Positions 29,613 through 35,629 of a stretch of DNA of 35,629 bases are shown piece by piece. The position numbers and the translations under genes are program-made. How positions within the stretch are numbered: the first letter of the stretch is position 1; each line of letters opens with the position of its first letter. The notes below the pieces were generated by a model that ran no database searches, was not told where the DNA came from, and saw only the letters and a program-made list of their open reading frames with translations. Source of the stretch: Alphaproteobacteria bacterium MarineAlpha5_Bin3 (GTDB lineage: Bacteria; Pseudomonadota; Alphaproteobacteria; HIMB59; GCA-002718135); NCBI GenBank assembly GCA_002938255.1, contig PTLB01000002.1:1-35629 (forward strand). Direction: 5' to 3'.

Positions 29613-32006
29613 TTAATGAGTAATTGATTCTTCAATATTTGTGGAAGAAATAACTGATTTTTGAGATTTAATTATCTCTGATTCGCTTAAATTTAGGGCA
29701 ACAATTGGTTTTGCAAGTGTATATTCTAAAATTGACTTGGCTTCACTAATCGGAATTATTGTTAAATTTTTCAATACATCCTTATCTATCTCAGATAAAT
29801 CTTTTTTGTTATCTTCAGGTATTAAAACGGTTTTGATACCAGCACGTAACGCTGCATAAAGTTTTTCTTTTAAACCACCGATTGGAAGTACTCTTCCCCT
29901 AAGAGTAATTTCACCTGTTAAAGCCACATTTCTTTTAACTTTATTACCTGTCAAAGATGAAACAAGAGAATTAAAAATTGCTATGCCTGCACTAGGTCCA
30001 TCTTTTGGGGTTGCTCCTTCTGGAACATGTACATGAATATCGTATTTGTCAAAATCGATAGGATTAATTCCAAGATTTAGTGACTGCGATCTAACATAAG
30101 AGGAAGCAGCTTGGATAGATTCTTTCATTACATCACCAAGCTTTCCGGTAATAGTTAATTTACCCTTACCAATTGATAAAAGTACTTCAATGGACAAAAT
30201 TTCCCCTCCAACTTCTGTCCAAGCGAGACCGTTGGTGATTCCTACTAGATTTTTCTTTTCTATTTCGCTATTTTTAAACTTTTCAACCCCTAAATATTTT
30301 TCAATTTTTTTCTTATCTAAACTAATTTTAGTCAAGGATGAAGTTTCAAGAATTTTAACAGCCTTTCTACAAACTTTAGCAATTTCTTTTTCAAGATTCC
30401 TAACTCCTGCTTCTCTAGTATAATAACGAATAATTTGATTTAAAGTTGAAGCACTAAAAACAATTTCCTTATTCTTTAATCCATGATTCTTTATTTGTTT
30501 AGGAGCTAAGTATTTCTTAGCAATTTGATATTTTTCTTTTTCAGTATAGCCAGGTATTCTTATTATCTCCATTCTATCTAATAGTGCTGCCGGAATGTTT
30601 AGAGTATTTCCAGTACACACGAACATCACATTAGATAAATCATAATCTAATTCTAAATAATGATCATTAAACTTACTATTTTGTTCAGGATCCAAAACCT
30701 CTAAAAGAGCTGAAGAAGGGTCACCTCTCCAATCAGAACCTAATTTATCAATTTCATCCAAAAGAATAAGAGGATTAGATGTTTTTGACTTTTTCATTAC
30801 CTGTATGAACCTACCAGGCATAGAACCAATATATGTTTTGCGATGTCCCCTAATCTCTGCTTCATCTCTTATGCCCCCAAGAGACATTCTAACAAAGCTT
30901 CTGCCAGTGGCAGATGCAATTGACTTGCCTAAGGACGTTTTTCCTACGCCCGGAGGTCCGACTAAACATAAAATGGGACCTCTAATTCTTTCTATTCTTT
31001 TCTGAACAGCAAGATATTCTAGGATTCTATCTTTCACTTTATCTAATCCGTAGTGATCAGCTTCTAAAATATTTCTAGCTTTATTTATATTTTTAGAAAC
31101 GGTTGATGGGTTATTCCAAGGAATGCTTAAAACCCAATCAAGGTAATTTCTTATAACTGTTGCTTCTGCTGACATTGGACTCATATTTTTTAATTTTTTT
31201 AACTCAGATTTACATTTGTCTAAAGCTTCTGGTGAGAGTTTAACTTCTTTTAACTTTGACTCAACTTCAGTAATGTCATCAATATCTTCAATATCTCCAA
31301 GTTCTTTCTGGATGGCTTTCATTTGCTCATTTAGATAATACTCTTTTTGAGTTTTTTCCATTTGACGTTTAACTCTTCCTTTGATTTTTTTTTCAACTTG
31401 AAGTGCGTCAATTTCAGAAACGAGATATCCATAAATCTTATCTAAACGCGATTCAAGTGATTTGGTTTCAAGAAGTTTTTGTTTTTGAGGTAGATTAATA
31501 TTAAGGTTTGCTATTACAACGTCAGCAAGTTTATTAAAGTCATTGTAAGTTTTGATATTATTTACAAGGTCAATAGAAACTTTTTTATTTATTTTTTGAT
31601 ATGATTCAAATTGATCTTTAATTATTTTTGCAAGAGCCATTATATTTGCTGTGTTTTTTTCTTTAACACTTAAAATAGAATATGATGCTCTTAAAAAATC
31701 TCCTGAATCTTCTATTGATAAAATTCTAACTCTTTCAAATCCTTCAACCAAAACCTTAATTGTTCCGTCAGGTAGCTTTAACAACTGAAGTACTTTTGCT
31801 AATGTCCCGCATTTATACAAATTTTCTGGTTTAGGACTATCAACTTCTGAATTCTTTTGTGTTATTAGCAATATCTTTTTATCCTTTGTCATAACATTGT
31901 TAAGAGCTTTTACAGATGGTTGTCTACCTACAAATAGTGGAGCTACCATATGAGGAAAAACAACTATGTCACGAAGTGGAAGAACTGGTATTTGTTGCTT
32001 AATCAT
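29613..32006 (-). CDS. lon: ATP-dependent Lon protease
   Basis: 797-aa ORF with a Lon N-domain, Walker A GPPGVGKTS and the catalytic-serine motif PKDGPSAG. Confidence 0.96.
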   Translation of the reverse strand: MIKQQIPVLPLRDIVVFPHMVAPLFVGRQPSVKALNNVMTKDKKILLITQKNSEVDSPKPENLYKCGTLAKVLQLLKLPDGTIKVLVEGFERVRILSIEDSGDFLRASYSILSVKEKNTANIMALAKIIKDQFESYQKINKKVSIDLVNNIKTYNDFNKLADVVIANLNINLPQKQKLLETKSLESRLDKIYGYLVSEIDALQVEKKIKGRVKRQMEKTQKEYYLNEQMKAIQKELGDIEDIDDITEVESKLKEVKLSPEALDKCKSELKKLKNMSPMSAEATVIRNYLDWVLSIPWNNPSTVSKNINKARNILEADHYGLDKVKDRILEYLAVQKRIERIRGPILCLVGPPGVGKTSLGKSIASATGRSFVRMSLGGIRDEAEIRGHRKTYIGSMPGRFIQVMKKSKTSNPLILLDEIDKLGSDWRGDPSSALLEVLDPEQNSKFNDHYLELDYDLSNVMFVCTGNTLNIPAALLDRMEIIRIPGYTEKEKYQIAKKYLAPKQIKNHGLKNKEIVFSASTLNQIIRYYTREAGVRNLEKEIAKVCRKAVKILETSSLTKISLDKKKIEKYLGVEKFKNSEIEKKNLVGITNGLAWTEVGGEILSIEVLLSIGKGKLTITGKLGDVMKESIQAASSYVRSQSLNLGINPIDFDKYDIHVHVPEGATPKDGPSAGIAIFNSLVSSLTGNKVKRNVALTGEITLRGRVLPIGGLKEKLYAALRAGIKTVLIPEDNKKDLSEIDKDVLKNLTIIPISEAKSILEYTLAKPIVALNLSESEIIKSQKSVISSTNIEESITH

Positions 32007-32037
32007 AATTATTAAAATGATTATAATAATTCATAAA

Positions 32038-33300
32038 TCAAGACTTATTTACTGCTATTTTTCGATTATTATCCTTATGGGTAAATAACAACATTGGTTT
32101 TGTTTTTTTAATTAGAACATCTCTATTAATAATAATCTTTTTTAGCTCTGTTTGATCAGGTGTTTCATACATTAAATCTACTAATAAATCTTCCATTATA
32201 GATCTAAGGCCTCTAGCCCCAGTTTTTCTTAAGACTGCCAATTTAGCAATTTCATCTAGGGCTTCATTTTTAATTTCCAATGCAATATTATCCATTTTAA
32301 ATAAGACTTCAAACTGCTTGATAATAGCATTTTTTGGTTCTTTCATAATTCGTACAAGCATTTTTTCATCTAATTCATGCAAAGTAGTACATACTGGTAA
32401 ACGTCCAATAAACTCAGGTATCATTCCAAATTTCAATAAATCTTCATTTTGTAAGTTAATAAGAGATTCTCCAATTTTTTTATCACTATAATTTGATAGG
32501 GTAGCATTGAAACCAATTGAAGAGCCTTTCAGGCGACTATTAATAATATGTTCTAAACCAGAAAAAGCACCTCCACAAATAAATAATATATTAGATGTAT
32601 CGATATGTAAAAATTCTTGTTGAGGATGTTTTCTTCCTCCCTGAGGTGGAACACTTGCTACAGTTCCTTCCATAATTTTAAGCAATGCTTGCTGTACACC
32701 TTCTCCAGAAACGTCCCTAGTAATAGATGGATTGTCACTCTTTCTACCAATTTTATCTATCTCATCTATGTAAACAATACCTTTTTGCGCTCTTTCAACA
32801 TTATAATCAGAAGCTTGCAATAATTTTAATATAATATTTTCAACATCTTCACCCACATAACCAGCTTCTGTTAAACTAGTTGCGTCTGCCATTGTAAATG
32901 GAACATCTAAAATCCTAGCTAAAGTTTGTGCCAACAAAGTTTTTCCAGTACCGGTTGACCCAATTAAAAGAATATTAGATTTTGAAATTTCCACATCTGA
33001 GAAAGTATTATTGGATAACCTCTTATAATGATTATATACTGCCACAGATAAAGTTTTTTTTGCTTTTTCTTGTCCGATTACATAATCATTTAAAATAGAA
33101 TTAATTTCTTTTGGTTTTGGTATGTTTTGTTTAGCTTTTATTTTATTATTTTTACTATCTTCCTTGATAATGTCCATACAAAGCTCAACACATTCATCAC
33201 AAACAAATACTGTTGGGCCTGCTATTAATTTTTTTACTTCTTTCTGACTTTTCCCACAAAAAGAACAAAAAAGTGAATCTTTGTCATTTTTTTTATTCAT
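32038..33300 (-). CDS. clpX: ATP-dependent Clp protease ATP-binding subunit ClpX
   Basis: 420-aa ORF with an N-terminal zinc ribbon (CSFCGK...CDEC), Walker A GSTGTGKT and the pore loop GYVGEDV. Confidence 0.96.
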   Translation of the reverse strand: MNKKNDKDSLFCSFCGKSQKEVKKLIAGPTVFVCDECVELCMDIIKEDSKNNKIKAKQNIPKPKEINSILNDYVIGQEKAKKTLSVAVYNHYKRLSNNTFSDVEISKSNILLIGSTGTGKTLLAQTLARILDVPFTMADATSLTEAGYVGEDVENIILKLLQASDYNVERAQKGIVYIDEIDKIGRKSDNPSITRDVSGEGVQQALLKIMEGTVASVPPQGGRKHPQQEFLHIDTSNILFICGGAFSGLEHIINSRLKGSSIGFNATLSNYSDKKIGESLINLQNEDLLKFGMIPEFIGRLPVCTTLHELDEKMLVRIMKEPKNAIIKQFEVLFKMDNIALEIKNEALDEIAKLAVLRKTGARGLRSIMEDLLVDLMYETPDQTELKKIIINRDVLIKKTKPMLLFTHKDNNRKIAVNKS

Positions 33301-33911
33301 TATTTTCTGTCCTCTACAATTTTGTCAATTAATCCAAATTCTATTGCCTCTGCTGGAGAAAAATATTTATCTCTTTCCATTATGAGCTCAACGTTTGTAA
33401 TATCTTTGCCTGTATGCTTTGCATAGATTTCATTTAACCTTTTCTTAATCTTAATTATTTCTTTTGTTTGTATTTCTATATCAGTGACTTGGCCTTCATA
33501 ACCACCACTTGGTTGATGAACCATAATGCGTGAATTAGGTAAAGAAAAGCGTATTTCTTTCTCACCAGCTGTTAACAACAATGAAGCAGCTGAAGCAGCT
33601 TGACCGATACATATTGTCATAATTTTAGAGGAAATATATTGCATAGTATCATATATTGCCAAACCGGACCAAATTATACCACCTGGAGAATTTATATAAA
33701 ATGAAATTTCTTTTTTTGGATTCTCAGATTCTAGAAATAATAGTTGCGCACAAACTAAACTTGCTACATTGTCGTCAATTGGTCCTGTTAGAAAAATTAT
33801 TCTTTCCTTCAGAAGTCTGGAATAAATGTCATAAGCTCTCTCGCCTCTTGAAGATTGCTCAACCACCATTGGTATTAAATTATTGGTTAAATTTTCTAGA
33901 GGGTCCTTCAT
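33300..33911 (-). CDS. clpP: ATP-dependent Clp protease proteolytic subunit
   Basis: 203-aa ORF with GQAASAAS (active-site Ser region) and MVHQPSGG (His region). It overlaps clpX by 1 nt and tig by 4 nt. Confidence 0.96.
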   Translation of the reverse strand: MKDPLENLTNNLIPMVVEQSSRGERAYDIYSRLLKERIIFLTGPIDDNVASLVCAQLLFLESENPKKEISFYINSPGGIIWSGLAIYDTMQYISSKIMTICIGQAASAASLLLTAGEKEIRFSLPNSRIMVHQPSGGYEGQVTDIEIQTKEIIKIKKRLNEIYAKHTGKDITNVELIMERDKYFSPAEAIEFGLIDKIVEDRK

Positions 33912-35260
33912 CCTGTTTCCTTATTATTAATAAATGTTTCTTCTTGCAATTTCTTAAACTTCTTAACATCAATAGTTACATTTTTTAACTTAACTTTTGA
34001 TAAAATATGATCAACTATTTTTTGCTCGAATATTGGGCCGCGAATAGTCTCAACACTTGGTGGGTTTTTTTTAAAATAATCTAAAATTTGCTTTTCTTGA
34101 CCAGGATATTGAGTAGCATAATTTAACATCCCATCTGTTAATTCTTTTTCCGTTACTAAAATTTTTTCTTCATTTGCTATATGTTGCATTAAAATCGCTA
34201 GCTTCACTCTTCTTAGAGCAATTTTCTCATATCTTCTTTTCAATGCAGCATCGGATACATTTTTATCATCTTCATCAAGCTTACCTTCTTTCTTAGCGTG
34301 CTCTAACCTATGCCAAATAGAATTAATTTCCTCATTTAGCATACCTGCGGGCACATCAAATTTATTTTTAACATCTAAGATATCCATTAATTCTTTTCTC
34401 TCAATTTGCTTGAGTTGATCTTCATATTGTTTTATTAAATTGTTTTTAAGATTGTCATTTAGTTCTTTTTCATCCTTTAAGTTATTCTTTTCTAGAAATT
34501 CTTTAGTGATCATAAACTCATGACTATATTCTAAGGATAAAATTTCAATAAGAAACTCAACTTCTTTTTTGTTTTTTTCTTTTAATATCTCTCTTAAATC
34601 AAACTTTAAATTAACCTTGTCTCCAACCTTAACATTCATACTAATAAGTTTCGTGCTAATATTTGGGAGTACTTGGTAATCTGAATCTGTAATTATGGGT
34701 AAATTTTTTTGAGATTTTAAAAAATCTGGTACTGACATATCTTCCGTCGAAATATTTACTATGATTTTGTCAGACAATTTAGCAGGCCTTGAATCACTAA
34801 CTTTATGATAATGTTTTTGTGACGAAATAAAATTTTTATAATTTTCTTTCAATGTTTTTTGATCTAATTCAATAGATCTTTTTTTTAATTCTAATTCACT
34901 GAAAGGAAATATTTTAATTGAAGGATCTAAATCTATTTTTATTGAAATTTCTATAGGTTCATTTTTTTCATATTTCTTAATTTCAACCTTTGGCTGTCTG
35001 AATGGTTTCAGTTTTTTTTCTTCTAATAATTTTTTAGTTTTATCCTCAACTAATTTTTCAATTACCTCAGATAAGACATTATTTTCATATTTCTTTTTTA
35101 CAATATTGAGAGGGGCTTTGCCTTTACGAAAACCAGGAAGAGATACAGTAGGGATGATTTCTGCAATTTTAGCATTAATTGAATTGTCAACTTCTTTATA
35201 CGGAACTTGAACTTCAAATTCTTTAAACAATATTTTTGAATCAATTTCTTTTATATTCAT
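33908..35260 (-). CDS. tig: trigger factor
   Basis: 450-aa ORF with the N-terminal ribosome-binding signature [16 protein letters not shown] motif lies upstream of the ATG. The order tig-clpP-clpX-lon is conserved. Confidence 0.93.
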   Translation of the reverse strand: MNIKEIDSKILFKEFEVQVPYKEVDNSINAKIAEIIPTVSLPGFRKGKAPLNIVKKKYENNVLSEVIEKLVEDKTKKLLEEKKLKPFRQPKVEIKKYEKNEPIEISIKIDLDPSIKIFPFSELELKKRSIELDQKTLKENYKNFISSQKHYHKVSDSRPAKLSDKIIVNISTEDMSVPDFLKSQKNLPIITDSDYQVLPNISTKLISMNVKVGDKVNLKFDLREILKEKNKKEVEFLIEILSLEYSHEFMITKEFLEKNNLKDEKELNDNLKNNLIKQYEDQLKQIERKELMDILDVKNKFDVPAGMLNEEINSIWHRLEHAKKEGKLDEDDKNVSDAALKRRYEKIALRRVKLAILMQHIANEEKILVTEKELTDGMLNYATQYPGQEKQILDYFKKNPPSVETIRGPIFEQKIVDHILSKVKLKNVTIDVKKFKKLQEETFINNKETG

Positions 35261-35270
35261 ATGTTCCTCA

Positions 35271-35328
35271 TGGTAGGCCGGAAAGGACTTGAACCTTCAC
35301 ACCTCGCGGCACGAGATCCTAAATGTCG
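35271..35328 (-). pseudogene. tRNA-Leu-like 3' fragment (anticodon arm through CCA) lacking a 5' acceptor strand and D arm
   Basis: Minus strand reads CGACA-TTTAGGA-TCTCG-TGCCGCGAGGTGT-GAAGG-TTCAAGT-CCTTT-CCGGCCT-A-CCA. That is an anticodon arm with UAG (one C.C mismatch), a 13-nt class II variable arm, a T arm, a 3' acceptor strand, a discriminator and CCA. I could not find a complementary 5' acceptor strand (AGGCCGG or wobble variants) or a GG-containing D arm in the 120 nt upstream. Confidence 0.5.
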
Positions 35329-35446
35329 AGTAAGCATATGTATCTGCGACATCCGAAGTTTTTAGTGTAAACTATCAAACATAAATTCGCTGATACTAAT
35401 TTTTTGAAAAATGTAAAAGGAAAAAAAACCTTTAATTTATAAGGCT

Positions 35447-35531
35447 TGGTAGGGCGCAAGAGACTTGAACTCTCATGTCCGAAGACACTGGTACCTAAAA
35501 CCAGCGCGTATACCAATTCCGCCAACGCCCC
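35447..35531 (-). tRNA. tRNA-Leu (anticodon UAG), class II
   Basis: A hand-folded 85-nt cloverleaf on the minus strand: GGGGCGT-TG-GCG-GAATTGGTATA-CGC-G-CTGGT-TTTAGGT-ACCAG-TGTCTTCGGACAT-GAGAG-TTCAAGT-CTCTT-GCGCCCT-A-CCA. Confidence 0.9.
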
Positions 35532-35538
35532 ACAAATT

Positions 35539-35577
35539 TGCAACAAGTGCAACATCCGCAACGCATCTGCAACATTT
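35539..35577 (-). repeat. four phased GCAAC (minus strand GTTGC) pentamers directly upstream of tRNA-Leu
   Basis: On the plus strand, GCAAC occurs at 35540, 35549, 35558 and 35569 (spacing 9, 9 and 11 nt) in the contexts tTGCAACAag, gTGCAACATCC, cCGCAACgCATC and cTGCAACATtt. An inverted copy, GATGTTGC, lies at 35617-35624. Function is unknown. Confidence 0.5.
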
Positions 35578-35629
35578 TTCATAAAGAAACCCTTCATGTG
35601 TTTCAGAGTAGAGCAAGATGTTGCGTGTC

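Noticed and set aside
35271-35446. Two alternative readings of the tRNA-like 3' element: part of a two-piece (permuted) alphaproteobacterial tmRNA, or a tRNA split by a group I intron.
   Set aside because: Three points argue against these readings:
- The element ends 10 nt before the tig start, so there is no room for a downstream tmRNA coding piece or tag ORF.
- Only about 120 nt of AT-rich sequence separate it from the intact tRNA-Leu. That is too short for a group I intron plus a 5' exon.
- No 5' acceptor strand is present.
35319-35597. 92-aa minus-strand ORF.
   Set aside because: It reads through the intact tRNA-Leu(UAG) gene and the tRNA-like fragment, so it is a translation artefact of structured RNA genes.
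1-35629. Search for a novel defence or mobile system: CRISPR repeats, integrase, transposase, TA pairs, restriction-modification, large unassigned ORFs, or long direct or inverted repeats.
   Set aside because: Every ORF longer than 90 codons that is not an antisense shadow has a confident housekeeping assignment. I saw no repeat arrays, IS ends or unassigned gene clusters. Claiming a new multi-gene system here would be unsupported.

Overview
This 35.6 kb window is very AT-rich and tightly packed, and every recognisable gene lies on the minus strand. Many neighbouring genes overlap by 1-23 nt. The content is a conserved alphaproteobacterial housekeeping block. Composition and compaction look Pelagibacterales/SAR11-like, but that is inference and I ran no search.

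Gene order in transcription direction (high to low coordinates):
- tRNA-Leu(UAG), then a tRNA-Leu-like 3' fragment
- tig-clpP-clpX-lon-hupB
- tRNA-Val(UAC), ndh (type II NADH dehydrogenase), tRNA-Asp(GUC)
- nuoA-(nuoB remnant)-C-D-E-F-G-H-I-J-K-L-M-N
- birA-coaX-rnj, proS, lolC/E-lolD, dnaE
- rpsB-tsf-pyrH-frr-uppS

I see no CRISPR array, transposase, integrase, toxin-antitoxin pair, restriction or defence genes, or unassigned multi-gene cluster. I therefore cannot support a new multi-gene system here.

The observations worth a second look are local:
1. nuoB is reduced to a head-to-tail, out-of-frame remnant lacking the N2 Fe-S ligands, in an otherwise intact complex I operon.
2. A stand-alone NDH-2 gene is wedged between two tRNA genes directly upstream of that operon.
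3. An orphan 3' portion of a class II tRNA-Leu-like gene sits between an intact tRNA-Leu(UAG) and the tig RBS.
4. Phased GCAAC/ATGTTGCA repeats lie upstream of tRNA-Leu, with a near copy next to the tRNA fragment.
5. A GC-rich, possibly pseudoknotted leader precedes rpsB.
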